Position numbers and translations under genes: made by a program. From contig OZ244991.1 in assembly GCA_965223335.1 (NCBI GenBank), forward strand, positions 2,272,001 through 2,336,000: a DNA stretch of 64,000 bases, read 5' to 3'. The notes beneath the pieces are model-generated. The model was not told the DNA's origin. It saw nothing but the letters and a program-made list of their open reading frames with translations, and made no database searches. The number at the start of each line of letters is the position of its first letter. Positions within the stretch are counted from its first letter, which is position 1. This DNA is from Thermodesulfobacteriota bacterium (lineage in GTDB: Bacteria; Desulfobacterota_D; UBA1144; Nemesobacterales; UBA2774). Shown piece by piece: positions 21,080 through 29,415 of this stretch.

Positions 21080-21853
21080 ATGAAATCGATTTGTATTAGT
21101 TGTCACACAATTAGCGAGCTAAAGAAGGTTAGAGAATGTAATCACATGTCAACTGGGTTGCATTTTGTTGGAGCTGCGTTGTGTATCCCGTTTGGTCTAC
21201 TATTCCCAATATTATTCATTGGTACATTCTTCTTTGTAATAAAAGGAATTATTCATTTAGCAGCTTGCTATGATACTATGAGTCTTTGCCCAGAATGCAA
21301 TACTAGAAATGTGCTTCCGGCGGATTATTTCCTATCAAATGGCATTGAACTTGATGATCGCATTTCTAAAGAAGATTTACAGATTAAAGTTCTTGAATAC
21401 GGTAAAATCGGGTCATATCTTATATATAAACGAATTAGGGCATGTACATTCTGCAACTACATAGGTTTTAATTCAGGTCAGCAAAAGTATAGTTTTATTA
21501 TGGGAGTACTAACTTTTGCACTTGCCCTTTTATTCATTCCATTGGCAAAGATTCATACTCTTCTATTAATTGGAAGCTATATTTATTTTTTCACAGGATT
21601 ATTTCTAATATATATTTCACTGCTAGATTCAAGAGAATGTCCAAAATGTGAAAATAAATCACTCATTCCTATTGATTCTAGGGGTGGGAAATTTATTATA
21701 GAAGAAAAAGGTTTTAATCTTAGCAGTCCTATAAAATCATCTCATATACCAATGCTGGAATATCATTTCGGTATAAAGCTATTTTTTACTTTGGTAGTAA
21801 TATCTCTCTACATCTACTACCGCCTCTTCCTCTACTTCAATTCCCTAAACTGA
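21080..21853 (+). CDS. Double-domain CxxC-2TM-CxxC membrane protein, YYRLFLYFNSLN subfamily
   Basis: CISC/CPEC, CTFC/CPKC. Confidence 0.85.
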   Translation: MKSICISCHTISELKKVRECNHMSTGLHFVGAALCIPFGLLFPILFIGTFFFVIKGIIHLAACYDTMSLCPECNTRNVLPADYFLSNGIELDDRISKEDLQIKVLEYGKIGSYLIYKRIRACTFCNYIGFNSGQQKYSFIMGVLTFALALLFIPLAKIHTLLLIGSYIYFFTGLFLIYISLLDSRECPKCENKSLIPIDSRGGKFIIEEKGFNLSSPIKSSHIPMLEYHFGIKLFFTLVVISLYIYYRLFLYFNSLN

Positions 21854-21880
21854 GCCTTTATCCACATCTTTTCCACAACT

Positions 21881-22383
21881 TTATTCCCCAATTTCTTGAC
21901 TGTATTTAATGTTACTATGTCCTGCCGTATTAATCGAATACATCACTTTATCTATGTCTCCTAACCACCTATCATTACTCACTTCATTAACTTCATCCAC
22001 ATTCCCTAACCCCCACGACCCCAATTTATCCCCTCCCTGTCGCTCATAAACTACATTTGCTTGCGGACCCCACATCTCTTCCCATGTAATATCTACAATC
22101 TCATCACTATAATCTGTTTTTACCGCCACCAGGTCCAGGAACGACGTCAATATTGCTTTAAAAGTACTCTTTACAATGTCCTTCAGGTTGTCGAACTTCC
22201 CTGTAACTACAATTAAAGATCATATGCTATCATAAACTGCTACTTATCCACACTTTTTGCTAAATCCTGATACTTTTTTAATTCTTTTTCATCAAGATCA
22301 ATGCCTATCTGAATTTCAGGCAATTTTTTCAAGTCACTATCATCAAGATTGATTTTTAACGCAAGTTCTGTCATTTCTGGCAT
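21881..22383 (-). pseudogene. Internally deleted TMP remnant E
   Basis: 47-aa MPEMTELALKINLDD... ORF at 22240-22383, then in another frame VTGKFDNLKDIVKSTFKAILTSFLDLVA plus the KTDYSDEIV tail. Confidence 0.75.
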
Positions 22384-22560
22384 ACTTAATCTCCATCTAA
22401 TATGATAAAATCTATTAATATCTAGTCCTTTTATAATGTAGAGATATTGTTTATCTGTGATATGTGATCCAACCTATAATTAGATATGTATTTGATCGTA
22501 GTATTGCAGTAATGTATAGTTAAATAGTACATTCTAGAATAATCGTAATAGAGTTCTGAT

Positions 22561-22932
22561 ATGCAAAAAATCTGTAAAAACTGTTCATATATTGGGTTAG
22601 AATCCAAGTATAATGAACTAATATTTTTCGTTGCTTTATTTGGGCTGATTTACTCAGGTTCACATATTATTACCGATTTTGGTGTTACAACTTTCTGGTT
22701 TTTTGTCTATGTAGCCATGTTATTGGCATCAATTTATTGTCTTATCCTGTATTTTGTTAATCGCGATAACTGTCCAAATTGTAATCATCCGAACACAATG
22801 ATCGAGATAAACACCCTGGAAGGACGAAAACTAATCACAGATCTCTATTTCACCGATTCTAATGTTGAATCAATCGAGCCTACCGAATCCAGCACCGAAC
22901 CTTCCTCCTCCCCCTTCCAATCCCCAAAATAG
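22561..22932 (+). CDS. CxxC-2TM-CxxC membrane protein, single domain, SPFQSPK tail
   Basis: CKNC...CPNC; paralog of 7259..7630. Confidence 0.85.
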   Translation: MQKICKNCSYIGLESKYNELIFFVALFGLIYSGSHIITDFGVTTFWFFVYVAMLLASIYCLILYFVNRDNCPNCNHPNTMIEINTLEGRKLITDLYFTDSNVESIEPTESSTEPSSSPFQSPK

Positions 22933-22959
22933 CCCTTTATCCACATCTTTTCCACAGCC

Positions 22960-24171
22960 CTATTCCCCAATTTCTTGACTATTATTTCTCCCTACTTTAT
23001 TAATCGAATACATCACTTTATTTATGCCTCCTAACCACTCATCATTACTCACTTCATTTGCTTCAACCATATCTGTTAGCCCCATAGTCTCCATCTCTTC
23101 CCATGTCACATCCACAATCTCATCACTATAATCTGTTTTAATCGCTTCCCATGCGTTCGCCGCAGTTTCTTTTATAGCCTCCCACTGTTCCCCCAGCCAC
23201 GATGTCAGCCGTTCGTATTGCTGTCCTATCCACTCAACACCAGCCGTTGCTTTCTCCGTAACGAAATTCCATGCTATTTCAGCCCCTGCCTTAAAATTAT
23301 CCCATATAAATAGCACTGCATCCCCTATCAGTCCTATTGCATACGCAATATTCTCCGCCGCAGACTCAATAAGCGGCACTATATTCTCTTCCCAGGTTAT
23401 CTGTGCAGCTAATTTAAGCTCATCCCAATGGTCTATTACTGCTCGTACACCCAGATATATTCCTCCAAGCGCCGCTACTACTAAACCTATTTTAAGTACT
23501 AGTGCACCACCTAAGAACGTTCCTACTGCTCTTATAACGTTCAAAAACAGACCAAACGCCCTGGATTTCCCAATAATTTTAAATAGATTTAGCAGTCTGC
23601 TGCCTAAGTTCTTTATCACTTCAAGTACTGATTTTAACCTTGGCACCAGTGACTTTATTCGATCCCTAATGCTTGTTATCACATTTTTTAATTTGTTAAA
23701 ACTTTCTTTAGGATTTACTACCGTAGTCCCGATTAATTTCAATGCACCGGCTAGAGATCTTAATATCCTTACAATCCCAACAAAACCAGAAAAAGTGATA
23801 AACAACTTGCCTCCAAGTGTATCTGCTTCCGTTATGTTTTTAATCCACTCTTTTATCCCATCGATAAAACCGCCAAATACTACATCAAAAGCAGATTTAG
23901 TATTTTTTGATTCATTAGCTAAATCTTTAATACTGTTTTTTGCCTGATCTGTAGATTGCTGTATCGATTGAGCAAATGTACTGTCACTATTTATCTTTTG
24001 TATGTTTTTCCCAAATAGCTCGAGTTCTTTATTTAAATTGTTGAATGTAGAAGTTACATCTAAAGTAGAGTTGTTAAAGGACTCTAGCGACTTCTCAGAA
24101 TCAGCTTGAAACGCTTTAAAACCATCAGAGTTTACACTTACATTGACTTCCAAATCTTTAACTTCAGCCAT
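22960..24171 (-). CDS. Truncated TMP paralog F (403 aa)
   Basis: 11-residue-spaced Trp repeats (IWD, AWN, EWI...QWE, AWE) typical of TMPs; TM hairpin; KTDYSDEIV tail; lacks the EFGVYAANV core. Confidence 0.85.
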   Translation of the reverse strand: MAEVKDLEVNVSVNSDGFKAFQADSEKSLESFNNSTLDVTSTFNNLNKELELFGKNIQKINSDSTFAQSIQQSTDQAKNSIKDLANESKNTKSAFDVVFGGFIDGIKEWIKNITEADTLGGKLFITFSGFVGIVRILRSLAGALKLIGTTVVNPKESFNKLKNVITSIRDRIKSLVPRLKSVLEVIKNLGSRLLNLFKIIGKSRAFGLFLNVIRAVGTFLGGALVLKIGLVVAALGGIYLGVRAVIDHWDELKLAAQITWEENIVPLIESAAENIAYAIGLIGDAVLFIWDNFKAGAEIAWNFVTEKATAGVEWIGQQYERLTSWLGEQWEAIKETAANAWEAIKTDYSDEIVDVTWEEMETMGLTDMVEANEVSNDEWLGGINKVMYSINKVGRNNSQEIGE

Positions 24172-24261
24172 TTTTGCCCCCTAGATGATTATTTTTATAA
24201 TTGAAATCTGAATGTGTATTGTTAACTAGAATAATTATTTCTTATTAGTTACAATAAGTTA

Positions 24262-25095
24262 ATGCAACATATTTGTATTGATTGTCACCATATTGGAAAA
24301 GGAAAAGACCAATTAAGTTACAACAAAGTAGATATATTAATTTACTTAGTACCAGCTCTAATCTGCACTGTTATAGCATTTATCTACCCTATCGCTTTGA
24401 TAGGTACATTTATACTTATATTTGCACTGACAGGAATATTAAGTAGTCCTTATGCTTTTGTTGATCAATGTCCGGAATGCTCTAAAATTATGTATCCTAT
24501 CGATAGCCCTCAAGCTCAAAAAGTTATCCGAGACAATGATATAAATTATGATGCTTCTTCAGTGTCCAGAACCAATTTCATAGATAGGTTTCACAAGATA
24601 CGTCAGATTAAAACACAAATTTGTCTTAATTGTCAGCATATTGGAGTTGGTCGTCATCAAGAAATCTGTAATTTAATGGAAGTTTTTCTAAATCTCCCAT
24701 TGGCAATTATCACAATACCGTTGGCATACATTACCCCTTATTCCCTTATTGGTTCATTTCTATTTGCATATTTGGGGCTGGGTGCGTTGTTTCAGTGTTT
24801 TGTAAAGTCCGATACTTGTCCCATTTGTAAGAAAAAAAAGATGATCTCTCTAACTTCTTCGGAGGCTGATAGATTTATAAAAAACAATAATATAGAATTT
24901 CAATTAGAAAATGCTGATACTAAGCCATTTTTTTTGAATGAAACATTTAATATACTAGTATTTACAGCTTTATTTTTTGTAACACTTTATTACTATTACA
25001 TATTATTTGTACACTTTAGTAATGGTATAGATCCTTTAGATATGCTATATCAATATATTTACGATGTGCTAGACAATATATCCACTAGATTATAA
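24262..25095 (+). CDS. Double-domain CxxC-2TM-CxxC membrane protein
   Basis: CIDC/CPEC, CLNC/CPIC; YPIDSPQA motif. Confidence 0.85.
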   Translation: MQHICIDCHHIGKGKDQLSYNKVDILIYLVPALICTVIAFIYPIALIGTFILIFALTGILSSPYAFVDQCPECSKIMYPIDSPQAQKVIRDNDINYDASSVSRTNFIDRFHKIRQIKTQICLNCQHIGVGRHQEICNLMEVFLNLPLAIITIPLAYITPYSLIGSFLFAYLGLGALFQCFVKSDTCPICKKKKMISLTSSEADRFIKNNNIEFQLENADTKPFFLNETFNILVFTALFFVTLYYYYILFVHFSNGIDPLDMLYQYIYDVLDNISTRL

Positions 25096-25120
25096 TTTCT
25101 AAATATTATATAATTATTAA

Positions 25121-25543
25121 ATGCAAAAGGTATGTCGCAGTTGCCACTTCGTAGGTAAAGGCAAAAACAGCTGGTTTGATGGTAATATTTTCTTTGGACT
25201 TATTACAGTTGCAATTGGTATTGGCGTTTTAGTTACGGGTTACTTCTCTTTCTTATCTCATACTATAAAAATTATATTCGGTATATTTTTAATAATTACA
25301 GGCATCTATGACATTATAAAGTTTTATATAGGCGGTCCTATCTGTCCTAATTGCAAGAAAAGAGAGATGCTTAATATCGACGATCCTAAAGCTATCGAAT
25401 TGGTTAAGAACCTAGACCTAATAGTAGGACAAAACCCTACCCAGGTCACCGATAACACCCCGTTAGATCCACCACCTCCGCCCTCCACTTCCTCCGAATC
25501 CTCCACCGACCCTTCCTCCTCCCCCTTCCAAACCCCAAAATAG
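25121..25543 (+). CDS. CxxC-2TM-CxxC membrane protein, single domain, Pro/Ser-rich SPFQTPK tail
   Basis: CRSC...CPNC. Confidence 0.85.
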   Translation: MQKVCRSCHFVGKGKNSWFDGNIFFGLITVAIGIGVLVTGYFSFLSHTIKIIFGIFLIITGIYDIIKFYIGGPICPNCKKREMLNIDDPKAIELVKNLDLIVGQNPTQVTDNTPLDPPPPPSTSSESSTDPSSSPFQTPK

Positions 25544-25571
25544 CCTTTTTATCCACATCTTTTCCACAGCC

Positions 25572-27593
25572 CTATTCCCCAATTTCATTAATCGCATAGA
25601 TTACTTTATCTATATCATATAACCACCTATAATCACTCAGATCATTGACCTCATCTGTCTTCCCTAACCCCCACGATCTTATTTTGTCCCCTCCCCGTCT
25701 CTGATCAACTACATTCGCTTTCGTTCCCCACATCTCTTCCCACGTAATATCCACAATCTCATCACTATAATCTGTTTTTACCGCCACCAGGTCCGAGAAC
25801 GACTTTAGCATCGAGTCCAGTGTCGCATCCCAAAAATCACCCAAGCTGTCAAAGTTGCCTTTTAAAGTTTCGAATATCAGGTCGCCAAAGTTCTGGCTTA
25901 TGTTCGCTACCACATTCGCCGCATACACCCCAAACTCGTCAAGTATTCCCTTAGATGCCTCAGTACCCCTTTCAACTCCTTCCGCCATCTCCTCAATTTC
26001 CTGCCCGCTTGGTAGATTGATTTCAGGGGTTAATCCAAATTTAGCTAGGGTATTATTTACCTCTATTAACTTATTCCCCGCCGCTTCCAGCTCCTCACTG
26101 GTCCACTCCCTTGTTGTTCGAGCTAACCCAGTTATAGCTGTTTCGTTATCTGATATTTTGTTTGTGTTCTGAGCTATAGCAGAATTGAAATTGTTCAATG
26201 CCCCTTCTGCATTATGTACTTGTTCGGACACATTCTTAAAATTCTCTGCTGTTTCATCACCCGCAATTCCCCCACCCGGGGTTTCAATATTACCGGTTCG
26301 AACTTGGTCCATTAAGTCCAACATTTCATCTAATGCATCATTAACAAGTGGTAAAGACCCGCTGCCAAATCCGTGTGTGGACTTATCGATGGATTCTATT
26401 ACGTTCTCGAACCTTTCTAATTGAAGAGTCTGGTTTATTAAGTCTAGATATACGTTATCTATGTTTTCACTTGGAATTTGCCCATAATCGATATCTAGGC
26501 TTATCCCCTGTTCTGTGGTTTTTTGTAGTTGTTGGTATGCTTCTGTGTTATCGTCAACTACATTGCGCATCTCGTTCAACTCTTTGGTAGTTTGCGGGAT
26601 CCCTTCATTTCCAAATTTGCCAATTGCCTCACCAGCATTATTAACTGCTTCAGCAGTTTGTTCTGAGGTTGTCCCCAGAATATTCATGCCATTGTTAAAC
26701 AACTCAATACTTTCACCACCACCCTCTAGGGTTGCACTTTGGAATTTCAATGTGCTTGTAAATTGTTCAACCATTTTTCCTGTCTGGTCAACGTTGTAAC
26801 CAATATCGGCAAAAGCATCTTTGGCTTTATTAAGATCTTCCGAATTTCTAAAGATTTCTTCGTTTGCCATCTTCTGGACATCAATAGTATCAGAAAGGAC
26901 ACCTCTCAAATTTGAGTAGGCATTTTCGACTTCGGATAATTGTTGACTCCTTTCATTTGTTATGCGACTGGTGGCATCAAGAATATCTTGTAATTCTTTT
27001 TCTAATGGTCCAATGACATCCACATAATTATATTCAATTGAAATAGGTACAGGTATACGTTGTGGAGGCGTAATTATATTAGAGGATGTCCCACTGCCTG
27101 CATCGACTTTGAATGTTGTTAAATCCTCTTCAATATCCTTTAATTTCTCAAGAAATATGCCTAGTGCCCTAATTCTTTCTAGAATTATATCCTTATCTAA
27201 TGGTAAGTTTGTCAATCCATCGTTAAGACTAGGATCTTCTCCTATTTCTTCAACTTCCCTCAATAAATCTCTTGCTTGTCTACGCAGGGTAACTACAGTG
27301 CTTTGTAATTCTTCTAATCTAACTAAATCTGGCTTATACTGTTTATAGCTCCTTCTAATATAATCTATAGTCAAACTTGCAATTAACCCAATAATAGTGC
27401 TGATAATTATATCTACACCGAAACCTGCTTTATTTATTTGCAAGTCTGCTTCTGCAGATTGTACGTGGTTCTTAACTTGAGATGAGTTAATTGATTGTAT
27501 CTGTTTTAGAATCTTGTCTAGTTCTCGTTGATTTTCCTTCAGTCTAGAAAGATCTAAATCAAAAAATATTTGAAATACACTACTTTCGTTCAT
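25572..27593 (-). CDS. Truncated TMP paralog G (673 aa)
   Basis: Unique N-terminal ~380 aa, then block shared with C/D, core and KTDYSDEIV tail. Confidence 0.85.
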   Translation of the reverse strand: MNESSVFQIFFDLDLSRLKENQRELDKILKQIQSINSSQVKNHVQSAEADLQINKAGFGVDIIISTIIGLIASLTIDYIRRSYKQYKPDLVRLEELQSTVVTLRRQARDLLREVEEIGEDPSLNDGLTNLPLDKDIILERIRALGIFLEKLKDIEEDLTTFKVDAGSGTSSNIITPPQRIPVPISIEYNYVDVIGPLEKELQDILDATSRITNERSQQLSEVENAYSNLRGVLSDTIDVQKMANEEIFRNSEDLNKAKDAFADIGYNVDQTGKMVEQFTSTLKFQSATLEGGGESIELFNNGMNILGTTSEQTAEAVNNAGEAIGKFGNEGIPQTTKELNEMRNVVDDNTEAYQQLQKTTEQGISLDIDYGQIPSENIDNVYLDLINQTLQLERFENVIESIDKSTHGFGSGSLPLVNDALDEMLDLMDQVRTGNIETPGGGIAGDETAENFKNVSEQVHNAEGALNNFNSAIAQNTNKISDNETAITGLARTTREWTSEELEAAGNKLIEVNNTLAKFGLTPEINLPSGQEIEEMAEGVERGTEASKGILDEFGVYAANVVANISQNFGDLIFETLKGNFDSLGDFWDATLDSMLKSFSDLVAVKTDYSDEIVDITWEEMWGTKANVVDQRRGGDKIRSWGLGKTDEVNDLSDYRWLYDIDKVIYAINEIGE

Positions 27594-27680
27594 GTTTACC
27601 TCTTATTCTGGATATGTGTTAATGTTAATTAGTTACTAAAGTGTCTTGGTATTTGGTTTTATTTTAGATATAATATTTTT

Positions 27681-28067
27681 ATGGCTTATGTATGCCCTAA
27701 ATGTTTATATTTAGGAGATTCCAACTATCGCTATCATTCCAAATATCTTGATGCTGGATTTGTGATCATAGTACTTGGAGCTTTTTTATTTGTAGTGCAT
27801 GTTTTGACTCCTGGCTCTTCTGCGTTATCTGTAATGCTCACATTAATCATTATAGCAAGTGGTGTTTATATTATATACATGAATAGACAAGGCAGAATCT
27901 GTTCAAAGTGTAATTTTAACGGTGTGCTTTCTACGGATACTGCTGATGCGCTGGACTTAATCAAAAAGTACGACCTAGAACCTGGTGACAATACCAATAA
28001 GAGACCAATCTCCACTTCTCCCTCTACAGACTATACTAACACCTCCCCCTTCCAATCCCCGAAATAA
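27681..28067 (+). CDS. CxxC-2TM-CxxC membrane protein, single domain, SPFQSPK tail
   Basis: CPKC...CSKC. Confidence 0.85.
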   Translation: MAYVCPKCLYLGDSNYRYHSKYLDAGFVIIVLGAFLFVVHVLTPGSSALSVMLTLIIIASGVYIIYMNRQGRICSKCNFNGVLSTDTADALDLIKKYDLEPGDNTNKRPISTSPSTDYTNTSPFQSPK

Positions 28068-28095
28068 CCCACTTATCCACATCTTTTCCACTGCC

Positions 28096-28209
28096 TTATT
28101 TCCCTATTTCATTAACCGATTCAGATGCTTTTTCTGCGTCTTGTGATAGCTGTTTGATCTGACTTGTGTCCACAGAAAAATGAAGACTAATCTCATTCAT
28201 TTCAGGCAT
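28096..28209 (-). CDS. Mini-TMP 3, 37 aa (MPEMNEISLHFSVDTSQIKQLSQDAEKASESVNEIGK)
   Basis: Hand translation; nearly identical to mini 1. Confidence 0.65.
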   Translation of the reverse strand: MPEMNEISLHFSVDTSQIKQLSQDAEKASESVNEIGK

Positions 28210-28287
28210 TTATACCACCTCGTATAACATCGCAAATACTGATATTTGTATCTAGTTAATTAGTTTCTAAAAAGTTATAATTTAGGT

Positions 28288-29061
28288 ATGAAATCGATTT
28301 GTATTAGTTGTCACACAATTAGCGAGCTAAAGAAGGTTAGAGAATGTAATCACATGTCAACTGGGTTGCATTTTGTTGGAGCTGCGTTCTTTATCCCGTT
28401 TGGTCTACTATTCCCAATATTATTCATTGGTACATTCTTCTTTGTAATAAAAGGAATTATTCATTTAGCAGCTTGCTATGATACTATGAGTCTTTGCCCA
28501 GAATGCAATACTAGAAATGTGCTTCCGGCGGATTATTTCCTATCAAATGGCATTGAACTTGATGATCGCATTTCTAAAGAAGATTTACAGATTAAAGTTC
28601 TTGAATACGGTAAAATCGGGTCATATCTTATATATAAACGAATAAAAGTATGCACTTTCTGCCAATATATTGGGTTAAATTGGGAACAACAACATTTTAG
28701 TTTGATTATGGGGTCACTATTTCTTGGGGCATCACTATTATTTGTACCACTAGCACAAATCAATCCTCTACTGTTAATATTGAGCTATATCGCTATGTTT
28801 TTTGCGATATCAATCATACTAGCATCATTAAGTAATTCAAAAAAATGTCCTAAATGTGAATATAAATCACTTATTCCTATTGATTCTAGAGGCGGGAAAT
28901 TTATTCTAGAAGAAAAGAGTATCAATTTTAGTACACCGATTAGGTCATCTCGTATCCCAACTATATCTTACGATAATGGCATATTTTATACTGCATTTAT
29001 ATTAATATTAGCTACCTACATCTACTACCGCTTATTCCTCTACTTCAACTCCCTAAATTAA
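28288..29061 (+). CDS. Double-domain CxxC-2TM-CxxC membrane protein, chimeric paralog
   Basis: N-half almost identical to 21080..21853, last ~73 aa identical to 20096..20860. Confidence 0.85.
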   Translation: MKSICISCHTISELKKVRECNHMSTGLHFVGAAFFIPFGLLFPILFIGTFFFVIKGIIHLAACYDTMSLCPECNTRNVLPADYFLSNGIELDDRISKEDLQIKVLEYGKIGSYLIYKRIKVCTFCQYIGLNWEQQHFSLIMGSLFLGASLLFVPLAQINPLLLILSYIAMFFAISIILASLSNSKKCPKCEYKSLIPIDSRGGKFILEEKSINFSTPIRSSRIPTISYDNGIFYTAFILILATYIYYRLFLYFNSLN

Positions 29062-29088
29062 TCCTTTATCCACATCTTTTCCACAGCC

Positions 29089-29415
29089 CTATTCCCCAAT
29101 TTCTTGACTATTATTTCTCCCTACTTTATTAATCGAATACATCACTTTATTTATGCCTCCTAACCACTCATCATTACTCACTTCATTTGCTTCAACCATA
29201 TCTGTTAGCCCCATAGTCTCCATCTCTTCCCATGTCACATCCACAATCTCATCACTATAATCTGTTTTTGCGGCCACCAGGTCCGAGAACGACGTCAATA
29301 TTGCTTTAAACGTATTCTTTACAATGTCCTTCAGGTTGTCGAACTTCCCTGTAACTACAATTAAAGATCATATGCTATCATAAACTGCTACTTATCCACA
29401 CTTTTTGCTAAATCC
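29089..29415 (-). pseudogene. TMP tail-only remnant H
   Basis: 3' ~200 bp matches the tail of F; 5' part matches remnant E (about 22120-22267); no N-terminus. Confidence 0.75.

Larger units (their letters stand above)
14175..29400 (+). repeat. Dispersed TTATCCACA (DnaA-box consensus) motifs, mostly as TTATCCACA-TC-TTTTCCACA pairs at cassette junctions
   Basis: Perfect 9-mers at 14175, 15165, 15311, 20865, 21858, 22244, 22937, 25549, 28073, 29066, 29392, all in one orientation. Confidence 0.9.

Noticed and set aside
22200..22242. Stop-codon read-through restoring TMP remnant E
   Set aside because: A TAA follows nine codons after the TAG, and the homologous downstream part is in another frame
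6910..29061. Diversity-generating retroelement as source of variation
   Set aside because: No reverse transcriptase in the window and differences are not adenine-specific
14175..29085. Junction 20-mer as CRISPR repeat or integron attC
   Set aside because: Spacing is kilobases and irregular, the motif is not palindromic, and no cas or intI gene is present
2676..29415. Invertible shufflon
   Set aside because: All homology blocks are direct repeats and no invertase is seen
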